Part shown: positions 32,572 through 44,164 of the stretch, in pieces | Position numbering within the stretch: position 1 is the first letter of the stretch | Layout of the letters: the number at the start of each line of letters is the position of its first letter | Assembly: GCA_004764695.1 (NCBI GenBank) | Contig: SMSO01000031.1 | Coordinates: 906,436 to 970,435 of the forward strand | Origin: Schizochytrium sp. TIO01 | Taxonomy: Eukaryota; Protista; Bigyra: Labyrinthulomycetes | Direction of reading: 5' to 3' | Length of the DNA stretch: 64,000 nucleotides | The notes under the pieces: generated by a model | Database searches by the model: none | What the model saw: the letters and a program-made list of their open reading frames with translations, nothing else | What the model was told of the DNA's origin: nothing | Translations under genes and position numbers: made by a program

Positions 32572-35500
32572 ATGAAGAATCACCAAAGCTCTTTGAACTC
32601 ATACAATAGAGTTACGAACGAAAACTCACATGAAGCAAACCTTATGATCAATACACTGGTACCCCCAAGACCTCCGCCTAAAGTTCTACATCGCCGCCAG
32701 AGTCAGGGTAAACAAGAAAACTCCCCGTTGCCATTATTATCAGCTCAGGCATCAGTAGCTGCTACAGCTACTCTTGAGACTTCGAGAAGGTCTGCCTCTC
32801 CAGCAGGACGAGCCCCACCTCTACCATCCTATAGACCTGTCTTAAAGCCAGTACCGGCGAAGCGCCCAGTTCTTCAACGCAGAGTGTCTACTGATGAAAC
32901 AAACTCAGCCATGGACACTATAGAGTGCAAGGTACCAGAAGCTAAGCCGAGTTTAGTAAGCAAAAGGTCAGAAAACTCTGATTTAGCAAGGCGTAAGGTT
33001 CCTCCGCGGCCAAGTTTAAGCCGATCCAGCTCTTCCATGAGTGCAGTCTCATTTGATGCAGTATCGCCACTACCCTCGCCCGTCCCATCACCTTCACTGG
33101 CCAAAAACATGTTTGGAAACTCACTGGAACAGACACAACCGCAAACTAGTCCGGTGACTCTTCAGTCCCCGCATCAAGGAATTGTTCGCCGACGCCGAGG
33201 AGTTATGCCTCCTCCTCCTCTTGCGCCTGCACCGACAGCAAGTACTTTAGTAACTTCTCCAAATCGAGCACACTTAGTCTCAAACCACTCAAGCGCCTCT
33301 TCTGGACCAGAGCAACGGCTTTCATCGGATTTTACCACCATGGTTACAACTACAACCACCACAACCACCACCACTACGACAACAACTACGGCCGTACACC
33401 CTTCTTTACCTTCACAGGTAGCTAGAGGTTCTTTGAACTCTGCAATTATGCCTACTGCGGCGAGTACACAAGAAGGTCCTCGAAGTCCAACGTGCGCCCT
33501 GAAACGCAGTTTAAACGAACCACGCTATCAACAACAACAATCTCACCATCCTTTCCTACATACTCAATCAGCATCCCAACCAAACCTTTTTGTGGATACA
33601 ATGTTGGGTATTGATTCTGGCCACAACTCCCCAACTCTATTGTCTCCCCGAAATCGTGAACAACGGAATAGTGCGGGTTCCTTTTCTAGTGCTTCAATGT
33701 CCTCTGCTGCATCCATCGAGAGCCATAATTATGCCACTCTTGAGATGAGCAGTACTGACCATCAAGATTTTAGCCATCCTATTGAAACTACACAATCAAA
33801 AGAAGGTCCAGCTAAAAAGATCATGGTTCGAGCACGTGTAACCTACGAATCCCCACTCGCCGGGCATTTAAACTTTCAAGAGGGTCAAATAATCGAAGTC
33901 CTTCAACAGGATGAAGATGCACAAACTGAAGATGGCCACGCTTTGTGGAGAGGTCGCGCTATTATTGGAGGAAGAGAGCAAGTTGGCGTATTTCCTTCTG
34001 TTTATGTGGCATTGATGAAATCACGCTTGAATCGTATGGGCAGCTGCGATTTCAATACCTTCACCAAAACCCCAGGGCATCTTTCGAAGAAAGAGCTACG
34101 ACAACTAAACAAGGATTGCATTTCTCAAGAAAATCTTGAACTAGAAATGAACTGTGGCAAACTATTTCGGGCTTTGGAAGAGCTGGTTGATACCGAGATG
34201 CGACACGTGGCAGATCTGAGTGTTGTACTCGAGGTCTTTATTCGGCCATTCCAGGATAGCTTTGGACCTGTCTTAACAAGACAAGTGTTTTCAGATTGGG
34301 TGCCACTGCTTCGTGTTCATGAGCAGGTTCTTTACAACTTATTGAACGCGCTGCCTACTTTAAAGACTCTTGCTGAGCGGCTTGAAAGTGTTGGCAATGA
34401 TCCTAGTGTCCAGCGTGCTCTTCGTGATGGCATTGTGACTACTACAGGACCAAAACGCTTAGCTAAGGGTCTAGCAGCGCCAAGCAGCTTCGCTGCATTT
34501 GCCGAAGGTGTTAACCAAGCCGCAAAGTTGGGAGTCGGCCCTATAAGCCGTGAAGTATCTAGCAAGGCCACTAGGAAGTATAGGTACAACACCTGGGGCA
34601 ATTACAGTTGCTAGTAGCTCAACACATGCTTCACGTCGAGTCTCGCAGCCTCGGGATGGCGACCTTATTTCTGAGGCAGAGTTAGCAAGTATCAAGGCTC
34701 GTCTAGACTTTTTATCTGATTTGCATCGTGAGCACCTTTCTGACTTTTTGTTTATGGATGATGCTCAGATACGTCGCTGGAAAGAGATTCTGCGAGAAAC
34801 GACTCTTAAGGTTTGTCAAGTGATGACTGAAATGTCAGACTGGCTTAAACTATGCATCCCATGTGTAGTAAACCAACCCACAGCAATGAAGGCATTGCTA
34901 AGGAGTAAAGCTACGGCTACAGCAGTGGCACCTCTGGGCCATGGGGCAAGCGTCTCACCAAAAATGTTCATTCAACTACAGGCTGCACAAGAATGCGAAA
35001 AGCTGAAGCATCTTGATTTGGCCTCGTTTTTGATTAAGCCTATGCAACGTATTACAAAATACCCATTATTAATGCGTGAAATTTGCAAATATAATAAGAT
35101 GGATCCTGATACATTTGCAGTGGCTTCTGAAGCTGTAGAGACTATGACAAGAATTGCGACAAACGTAAATACTATCATCAAGCAACATCAAGGACTCGAT
35201 CAATCCCGAAAAGTAAATGAGATTTGTTCCCAATTGCGACCGCGAGAAACAGTTGACCGACTTGGACTTGGGACTGATTCTCGTGGACGTCGGTTGCATC
35301 GCTACGGGAAAGTCACATTCCAGACGTTGACTACAAATGTTAGTTCGGCACAGCTCACATCCGAAGGAAACGGGCAGGCTCCAGCAGCACAGCTCTCCAA
35401 AACTGAGGAGATACGACATGGTTCATGCTACGCGTTAGCTTTCGCTTCTGTGTTGCTCCTGAGTCTGCGCAGCTGGAACAAATGGAAAACAAAAACAAAA

Positions 35501-35932
35501 TTTCACATTGTCAAAGTGATTGAGACACGTAATATCGTTTCAGTGGAAAGTGTTGAGGGATGCTTGGCGGTTCGTACTGCATGTTCAGTATTGCTTATCA
35601 CCCCACTAGAAGGGGACGTTGTAGAGTGGTTAGTAGACTTACAGGAGTGCCGTCGTATCGATGCTGCTGATCGCGAGCGCCAAGACGTTGTAAAAGCACA
35701 GCGACAAAAGCGTCAAGAGACAACTGGTGAGATGACTCGCCGGCGTACGCAATCAGCTGACTTAACTCCAAAACCTACCAAAACGATCACTCCTTCGGCA
35801 AGTCCCCATATGCAGCAAGTACCTCGTATACCAGCAAAAGAACCAAAATCTGCATTTGTGCTTTCAAAAGAAGATCGCGATGGCATATTAAGAGAGCTTA
35901 AAGGTCACGCTCGGTTCTCAACTGTTTCATAG
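32572..35932 (+). CDS. SH3-DH(RhoGEF)-PH protein; split by a +1 frameshift in 34547-34611 (joined about 1119 aa)
   Basis: ORF1 has SH3 (ARVTYE..LNFQEGQII..WRG..GVFPSVYV) and the DH N-half (EELVDTEMRHVADL). ORF2 has the DH C-half (LASFLIKPMQRITKYPLL) and a PH-like domain. Confidence 0.88.
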
Positions 35933-36352
35933 ATATGAAAAGCTCTTCCAAGCTTTCTTTTCGTAAGCCTACATGTGTCTTTTCAATAATGCACCTAGAT
36001 ATTTGGGTTATGGTAACCTAAAACGCAAAGACTTAATTTTATATAATTTAGTAGAAGAAAACAAAAAGAAGAAAAGAATGTTTCAACTCGTTAGCGAATA
36101 AGAGAGAACCAGGGTTTGAAATAAGCGTTACATTTGGCCCTGTTCTTGATGTAGTCTCGCTAATTTAGAAGGAGAAAGGACATGAAAATTGGTCCCAGAG
36201 CTTGAAGTCTGGGGTGACTTCACTCGTTCAGACTACTGCTTTGGTCACCTCGGGCACACCTGCAGAGATTAACTCACTTATCTTCATATATTAGACCTGA
36301 TTTACTTTGTCTTTTCTGCGGAGTACGTTCTCGATAAGAGTGAGGTAGTAAT

Positions 36353-36772
36353 TTACAGGCCAGCATCGAAGTCCATCGCCTTAAGTGCTCGCACTTGCTC
36401 CTGACTGAAATAAGCCATAACCTTCACTGCATATAAAGTTACTAGAACATGGATGGTTTCATTTTCCCAGCTAACCTTGACAAATGTATCGCCACCATCT
36501 TCAACATGGTTGCAGTCCCAAAGCATTTTATTGTGCGCTGTGAATCCTGCCCCAACCTTTTGGCCAATAACTAGGGTCACTGCATACTTGCAGTTGCAGT
36601 TGTCTTGGCATTGCTTAAGGACGCTTTCGCTGATCGACTTGGACCACTTGTCGAGGTTTTTCCGTTCTACATCCACACATTTTTGGCCATCGAAGGTATC
36701 CTTGATTGCTTTTCGAATGGCTTTCACCGCAAGTTCTGCATCAAAGTCGTGTTCAAGGCCATCGTCTGCCAT
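36353..36772 (-). CDS. Tctex-1 family dynein light chain
   Basis: WSKSISESVL, CKYAVTLVIGQKVGAG, LWD...DTF...WENETIHVLVTLYAV. Confidence 0.9.
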   Translation of the reverse strand: MADDGLEHDFDAELAVKAIRKAIKDTFDGQKCVDVERKNLDKWSKSISESVLKQCQDNCNCKYAVTLVIGQKVGAGFTAHNKMLWDCNHVEDGGDTFVKVSWENETIHVLVTLYAVKVMAYFSQEQVRALKAMDFDAGL

Positions 36773-37690
36773 TTTGTTTTGTGACCGAGCGGCTTTGTAG
36801 TTCTGTTTGCTCTAAGCTTTCGCGCTTTCTCCCCAGACTTAAGACTGCTTTCCCGGATACCCGAGACAGTCGCAGACGTCTTTCAACTCCCGATCTTCCT
36901 GCGTCTCTACACCAGTTAAGCTTCAGTCTCTACTGCAGCCTTGCCCGCGGGAGCTCCCAAGGAATGCTCTGGCGCAGGAATTGCAATGCTCAAGCCCAAG
37001 TCAACGGTCGTGCGCGCGATACGACCGAGCACAATACGTAACCTTCAGAAACATAACGTATAGTTACATTTATTTGAAGAAAGGTAAAACCGAAAACAAA
37101 GAAAAAAAGAAAATATATTAAAAGCTAGGAAAAGCACGCAAAGTGCCACCTGACCAAAGGACAAGGAAAGCGAATGATTATCATGGTTTTAATTAAATAA
37201 GGGACAAACAGCTGTGCTGTATGACTATCCCGAAAGCTTATTTCCGACTAACTGTAAGACATTAAATTCCTCAGAGCGATTTTTGACACTGCGTTCTGAA
37301 TATTTGCAGATCTCTTTGAATGATCAATTCTTATCACCAAGGCAATTTGGATTTGTGCAGCATGGTATTTAGGCTAATCTAGCTATCTATACAAGCAAAT
37401 CCACGTGGGTGAATATTGACCCTGGGAAAAGTCGGAACATTAAGGAAAATATATATAGGTTTGACAAAAGGCCTGTTCCGCGTTATTTAAGGAGCGCTCA
37501 ACAAGAGGTAGCTGTATAAAACAAACAAGTTAAAGTACCATGGATTACGATGAACTATGTACCATTTGAAACCAATAATGTATAGTAGAAATTAAAAAAT
37601 GATTTTGTGATTTCGCGGTTGAATATGGTACCTGCATAAAAAGGGATGCCACCCGTGCTAAAACGCCTGAAGAATCCCAATTTAGCTAAT

Positions 37691-40021
37691 CTAGGCCTCA
37701 GCCATGAGAAACACTTCGGCCTCTGCCTCAGGGGCAACGAGAGGAGCTGCTTTTCCAGGGAGCGCAGAAATGACGGCATTAGACTGGCCGTAAGGCAAAT
37801 ACTCACCCTGAATAGATGCAAGTACGAAGTAAACACCAGGCTCGGTCGGGGCGTTAAGGTCAGCGGCGATGCGAATGAGGTCGCCAGCTCCAACATTCTC
37901 GCAGTGAGAAATCTTGGTAACGTTGGTGGGCATGTTGTGGAAGTCAAGCACGTGGGAGTGGATCGAAATGCACAGGTTGCGCACTGGAAATTGAAGAGGG
38001 TTGCGGAAAGAGGCATGCACAGTGAAAGGCTTGGGGTTTCCACCCTCCGTGGCACCGGCAATAACCGACTGAGGAGCCTCAAAGTAAATGGACGGGGAAG
38101 TCACGTCGAGAACAGCCTTGTCAAAATAGTGCTGGCCAGCATCAGAAGATGCAACCGCAACGAGCTTGATGAAGACATCGCCAAGGTCATGCTGCAAGTA
38201 CGCGCTAGCATCAATAAAGAACGGAAGGCTGATGAGACGTCCCTTGATAAGAACCTTCTGAGAGGTCTTGAAAATAGTCTTGATGTCGGTACCGTGGTAG
38301 GTCTCGAGAGTTGCGGTTAGGATAACCTCCACAGACTCACCGTCAATCAGACCAGCGGTCTTGAGGTCGATATCACCGGAAATGGGCGAGCCAACAACCA
38401 CACCGTAGGTAGTGGGGCGAATCGACAGGTTATCCTCTTCACCTTCGCCAACAAGGGTCTTGAATCCACGAAGCTTGTTCGGGGCAGACGGGGTAGCGCC
38501 ACTGGCGAGCATGATGTGCGGGGAGAGATCATGGTTGTTGACGTGGAACTCAGTTTCATAAGGGATACGGGCATCCTTGTTGGGGTCAATGTAATCTTTG
38601 GTAACATCAATCTCGCCGAAAGTACCATTGGGCAAGGTAGCGGTGGTGAGGAGAAGCTTGAGGCCAGTGTGATCGTACTTGATCATCTTTTCCACAATGC
38701 AGCCCTTGAGGTGCTCCGCCTTAGTGTGGTTGGGCTGACAGTGCACAAGGAAGGTGCGGGTGGTGGAGTGAACTGTAGAGATGATATCACCAACCTGAAA
38801 GTCCACAGTTTCGTCAAGATCGTGAGTGGCAAGGACCGGTGCAGGACCGATGCGACCCGGGGGGGTACCATCCATGCTCTGCCAGCCATCGTACTTGGCA
38901 TGTCCGCCACGCTTGATCCAGACATCAGTCCAGCTGTGAAAGTTCCACGCGACACCGTCGAGGTAGATGGTCTTCATCGCGCCATCATCGAGAGAGTAGT
39001 ATTCGTCAATCACATGGTGGAAACGGTGGTGGGCATCGTGACGGTTGGAGGCGTCCATCCATGATCCAAAGGCAGTGAGCTGACGGCTTCCAACACCCAC
39101 GCCGCGAAGAAGGCTGTTGAGAAGTGCAGCGAAGACCCAGCATTGTCCGTACTTAGTGGGCTTGCCAGTGGCCTTCCAGCGGTTGAGGATATCAACGGAG
39201 GAAGTCCAGAGCTCAGGGGCATCCTTCTCGGTGAAGGGGAAGTCGCCCCAGTTGCCCTCGAGAAGTGCGTTATCATCACCCCAGATAAAGCTTCCATCCA
39301 GACGGCGCTGCATGCCCTGGTGGCGGGAGATGACCTGCATAACCTTAATGGGATCGTGTGCGTTAGCACGATCCTTTTCGATAAGGTGAAAGGCAGCATC
39401 GAGAACAACTTGGTTGGACTGGCCGTAGTGCCAAACCTGAGCGTCATAAGCCTTGGCAGATCCCTGAAAGACGTTGCCGTAATCATTGACGACATGCTCC
39501 TGACGCATGGTCTCGTTCGGCATGTAAACAACATCGTCCTCAGTAGACCACGGGTTGAAGAGCAGGTAAACAGGCTTAGTCAGCTTGAATGCCTCTCCAG
39601 CGTTATCGCAGGTATTGGATTCATCCTTGATGGTCAAGGTGATGTTCTCATACTTGCCGATGGGGGCATCTGTGGAGGTTCCCACCTCCACGAGGTATTG
39701 GCGAGGTGCAATCTGGGTTTTAACAGAGGCAGTAAAAGCTGGGTTGTTGAAGGCTTCCTCACGCGAGTTTACAAATAAAGCCTCGGTCTTGGCAAGGTTG
39801 AGGTCCTGTTCAGTCTTGACTACAAGCTGAAAGGGTTGAGCGCGGCGCACAGCAAATCCACCATTCTCCTTGAGGTTAAAGTGCGAGGTGTGGTGGTTGG
39901 CCAAGGTCTCTGGGTTCACCTCGACATCATTAATCTTGACATCGCAGAGAGCTGCCTGGGAGCTCGAGACGGCGCTCAGCAAAAGGCTTGCCAGCACTGC
40001 AAGCGTGCCCTTGAGTTGCAT
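37691..40021 (-). CDS. Secreted protein-glutamine gamma-glutamyltransferase (Factor XIII/TGM-type transglutaminase), about 776 aa
   Basis: Catalytic triad motifs YGQCWVFAA, WNFHSW and GWQSMDGTP. N-terminal beta-sandwich motifs VRRAQPF and LLFNPW. Hydrophobic signal peptide after ATG 40021. Confidence 0.93.
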   Translation of the reverse strand: MQLKGTLAVLASLLLSAVSSSQAALCDVKINDVEVNPETLANHHTSHFNLKENGGFAVRRAQPFQLVVKTEQDLNLAKTEALFVNSREEAFNNPAFTASVKTQIAPRQYLVEVGTSTDAPIGKYENITLTIKDESNTCDNAGEAFKLTKPVYLLFNPWSTEDDVVYMPNETMRQEHVVNDYGNVFQGSAKAYDAQVWHYGQSNQVVLDAAFHLIEKDRANAHDPIKVMQVISRHQGMQRRLDGSFIWGDDNALLEGNWGDFPFTEKDAPELWTSSVDILNRWKATGKPTKYGQCWVFAALLNSLLRGVGVGSRQLTAFGSWMDASNRHDAHHRFHHVIDEYYSLDDGAMKTIYLDGVAWNFHSWTDVWIKRGGHAKYDGWQSMDGTPPGRIGPAPVLATHDLDETVDFQVGDIISTVHSTTRTFLVHCQPNHTKAEHLKGCIVEKMIKYDHTGLKLLLTTATLPNGTFGEIDVTKDYIDPNKDARIPYETEFHVNNHDLSPHIMLASGATPSAPNKLRGFKTLVGEGEEDNLSIRPTTYGVVVGSPISGDIDLKTAGLIDGESVEVILTATLETYHGTDIKTIFKTSQKVLIKGRLISLPFFIDASAYLQHDLGDVFIKLVAVASSDAGQHYFDKAVLDVTSPSIYFEAPQSVIAGATEGGNPKPFTVHASFRNPLQFPVRNLCISIHSHVLDFHNMPTNVTKISHCENVGAGDLIRIAADLNAPTEPGVYFVLASIQGEYLPYGQSNAVISALPGKAAPLVAPEAEAEVFLMAEA

Positions 40022-40800
40022 AGTTAGTTCTCGCAAACTTGAATCAGCTCTGAAGAGTCAACGAGAATCTATTGATCTATCCGCCTAGTACTAACTAAAG
40101 GCAGACAGAGCAATATTAGATATATCTTTTGCAATTTCGTAAGCTATTGCGATGGGGGGGGGGAGGGGGTTAACCTGCAGATGGGCTTCTGCAGCGTTTC
40201 CTGCCGCTCTGCGCAGCGAGCGACCTGCTGTCGGGCACGTTGAAGGAAGCCTCCTCGCCTCCGACCCTGCCTGATCCTTGTCCTGCGTTCAGGTTTTGGA
40301 CGATCGATCTCTTCTTTCGCATCCTTCCTAATCTGATTTTTTTTAATTAAATTAAAAAGAAATAACCCTCCCTCTTTCACCTCTTTCAACTTCCTCTTTT
40401 AAAGAACATTTCTTTCTATTCCCTTTTTGTTCCCTTTTTCCCTCATCATATTAACAAATCCCCTTTTAACTGTCTTTTATCCTGTATGTAATGCGCTGTC
40501 CATTGCCAATCTTCGAGTCTTGCGTTGCCTTGCGTTGCGCTGCGTTTGTGACCTCGAGGCCAACAAAAAAGGGTGCTGGCTCAGGCGCTTGGGCAGGAGG
40601 GGAGGATCCCTTCTTCCGAGCCACGCATTAGTTCAAGAATGGCTCTGGGCACAAGAAACGAGCGAGGAAACCGGAGCGAACTTTCCTTTCCATTCTCTGC
40701 TTTCTCCTCTCCATCATAAAATGAAAATTTCTCATTTCGGCAGTCAATATCCCAAACCAATCGGACACGATTCCGATTCGTTTCCCTCTTCGAGGTCAAA

Positions 40801-40870
40801 CAAAGCAGTCCAAAGTAATCCAAAGTAATCCAAAGGAATCCAAAGCAAACCAAAGCAAACCAAAGCAAAC
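40801..40870. repeat. 10-bp minisatellite (CAAAGnAnnC) x7
   Basis: Read directly; units grade from CAAAGTAATC to CAAAGCAAAC. Confidence 0.9.
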
Positions 40871-42318
40871 CAACTTAACCTCAAGCAAACCAAAGCCAGT
40901 CAGCGAAGCGATCGCCACTCAAGAACTAAGACCAATAGCTCCATAAACCACACAATAGTGGGTAGTTATCCTAAAAAAACGAAACAAAAACACATCCGCA
41001 AAAGCAAACCTCACTTTTTCAGAACTAAACTCAGATAAAGAAAAACTCAGACAGACCACTATCTCCGATAGGTGGTAGATACTATCTATGCTATTCCTAC
41101 CAAAAATAAAGTTCAATTTTTACATTAAAATTCCATTTTATTCTATTTTTATTTTATTTTTTCCAATAAATATATTTTTTTTCATTAAATTAAAAATGAA
41201 ATATTAAACAGCGGATACAGGGGGGCACTGTGGGAGTATCTTTGCCAAGATTTGCAAACGCACGTGGCTGCCTCTGGGAGCCCCGTGCCTCGGTCTGCGC
41301 TCCCTGACCCCCTCTTCCGAGGAATGGATGGAGGCGCAGAACTCCTCAAAGCTCTTGCCGAGAGCGTGCAAGCGTGCGTGGGAGCGGCTCTGCGGCCAGC
41401 AAACAAACAAACAAACCAACCAACCAACCAACCATCCAACAAAGAAGCGCAGCAGCAAATCGATCAAATGGTTGCTACATCGATAAAACCGGGTGACCAA
41501 TTCTTGACTCTGAAGCCGCCGTGAATGACCAGCTAGCTAGCTACTAACTAGTTCCCGGCTAAGCTCGCGTTTCGGCTTCTGCTCTTCAAGTTCTTCGGCT
41601 TTGCCTGAAACGAAGCCACCACAGAAGATTGACAGACAGACAGACAGTCAGACGGACAGATTGGCAGATTGACGGTTGAGTTCGCTCTGCTTTGGCTGCA
41701 TCTCTTGCTACGAATGACACACATTCTGGCAGGTACGTGCGCACATACATTCATACCTTCGAAGTGAATAAAACCCAAAGACCCAGACAGCAAAGAAAGA
41801 AAAGCGATCAGAACAGGGTAAATTGTGACTCCCTGGAGATTCATGGATGGGTTGAGTCAAAGAATGAATGAATGAATGAATGAATGAATGATGGATTGGC
41901 GATTGTCGAGTGCCGATCGATCGTGATTTATGGCGGTTCTCCACGTCGCCATCTGCCACCTCGTCGACCACAGCGAGGGCGTTCACCGCACAGGGTGCCA
42001 GAATGAAATACTGACGTCCACAACTTGCACAGACAACACCGCCAGATCAATCGCCCATGGACGTAGCCAGCGAGCTTCAGGTTGTCCAAGTTGGTCTCGC
42101 TCGGCCTCTTCGAAGGAGCAGGCGATCCATGCATAGTCAAGCGAGTTCAGGCCCGAGTCGGGGATAAGTGCAACCTAGAAACACGCGATCGCTGCTTCGC
42201 TCCACGTGCACGCACGCTCCAGGGACCACGGGCAGCAGGTCTGCCAATGTCCCATCTTCTTCGTAGCCATCTCAGGCTGGGAAGCCTTGGAGTAATTAAT
42301 TCTGGGCTCAGGATGAAC

Positions 42319-42485
42319 CATCTTCATCTTCATCTTCAACTTCATCTTCAACTTCATCGTCATGGTCATCGTCATGGTCATCGTCATGGTCATCGTCATG
42401 GTCATCTTCATCGTCGTCTTCATCGTCGTCACAGTCACAGTCATGGTCATCGTCGTCACAGTCATGATCATCGCCGATCGTCATC
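42319..42485. repeat. Compound CAT-based 6/12-bp low-complexity repeat
   Basis: CATCTT, CAACTT, CATCGTCATGGT and CACAGT units. Confidence 0.85.
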
Positions 42486-42902
42486 CGTTTGGACAAGCGC
42501 CACCGTTTCCTCAATGAATCTCCTAGGTGCCGCCATCCTTCCATGACGGAGGCGGGCCAGAAGGCCTTCACTTCGCATCGTCGTCCTCGACGTTGTGAAC
42601 CACGTTCTCAGTTCTTCGAGTTGCGGGCTCCGGCACATGCATGCATCCTCAGGTGAACTTCAGGTTCGCATCGATCTCTGTATATGGGATTGACAGAGTA
42701 CGGAAGAAGGGACGGAGTGCGGAAGTAGTAGTAGATTCTGATGGGTTGTATCTACGTATGTATGAATGTATGTATGGATGTTGTAATGGGCAAAAGAGAG
42801 AAAGAAAGACCCGAATGCGATCGTTTACCCCAATAGCAATTAATTATTCCTTCGTTTATTGCTATTTTCCTGTTTATATTTCTCTATTTATTTGTTTGTT
42901 TG

Positions 42903-43010
<108 letters not shown>

Positions 43011-44164
43011 TAGCAGGTGGCCACGCTTGTGTGGGACTTGAGGAACCAACCAACAACTCGCGGTGGAAGATTTGAGGGACTCTGGGCACTGCTCTTCCGA
43101 GGCCGGCGTCCACAAAATGCTAATAAATACCTGGCTGAAGAAATAGGCAGCTATGCTACGAAGCGTCTCAGAATAAATGAGAAAGCTTTCTGCTTTTGGA
43201 AAACATTTTAAATTAATTTTTAATTGAAAAGTTTTTCCAATTATGATATATTATTATTATTACGAAAAATTGTGATTTTTATTCTATTTATAAAAACATG
43301 GTATGACATACCTAGCTACTCTAATGATAATAATAGATAATGAAGATCAGACAGCATCAAAGACGTAGTTAGAACTGTAGGATGGTTGTGCAATCAATTA
43401 ATCAATCAATTAACCAATCAAACAAACAATCAATCGATTTATTCGTACTAACACTGCTTCAACTTCGAAGAGAGGTCGGCCCGCACCAATCTACTTTCGA
43501 TGCTTCCCGAGGTCTTGAAAATAAAGTTGAAGGAATAATAGGACAGACAATAAATCAATCAATTGCTGAATACCCTTAAGAGTTACTCTTAGGGGATCTT
43601 CTGTGGTCCCTTGAGAAGCGCGGGAAACCCGCGTGGCGCAACCCGCATGCCTCGAGCTGGCTCGCTCGCTTGCGTGGCGAGTCGCGTGCTCTCTATTTGC
43701 TTGTCTGCCTATGTGTGGCTCCTTGAGATTTTGCGCCTGAGAGTAATTCGACATAAAGGTAATGCACAAATTAATGCTCATCGACGGGAGTCAATTGAAC
43801 TCTGCCAATGACATTCACATCGAAAGAACCCGATCGATCATTCTATGGCAATCAAGGTTATTTGCATGCAACAAGGAATTCTTGGATTGTATATCCTCTC
43901 CATTCTTAATTGCGTGGTTGAATGAAACGATTCTTCATTTCTTCTCCTACCTGAATAAAGGTTTTTATCGTTGGACGAAGATTGCCAAAGGAAATTAGTC
44001 AATTAAAAAACAAATGACCTGACTCGAATCGTGGGCGTCGATGATGGGCTTAGACACTTAGCTTAGATCTAGAAAAAAAAACAAAAAACAAAAGCCAAAA
44101 AGCATTTGAAATCATACCAATACGTGCATGCATGCAAAAAGTCAAATGTAAAAAAACGCAAACT

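Noticed and set aside
37646-39778. Long antisense ORFs over the transglutaminase (similar ones over eIF1A and HMGR)
   Set aside because: Expected shadow ORFs from strong codon bias; no motifs.
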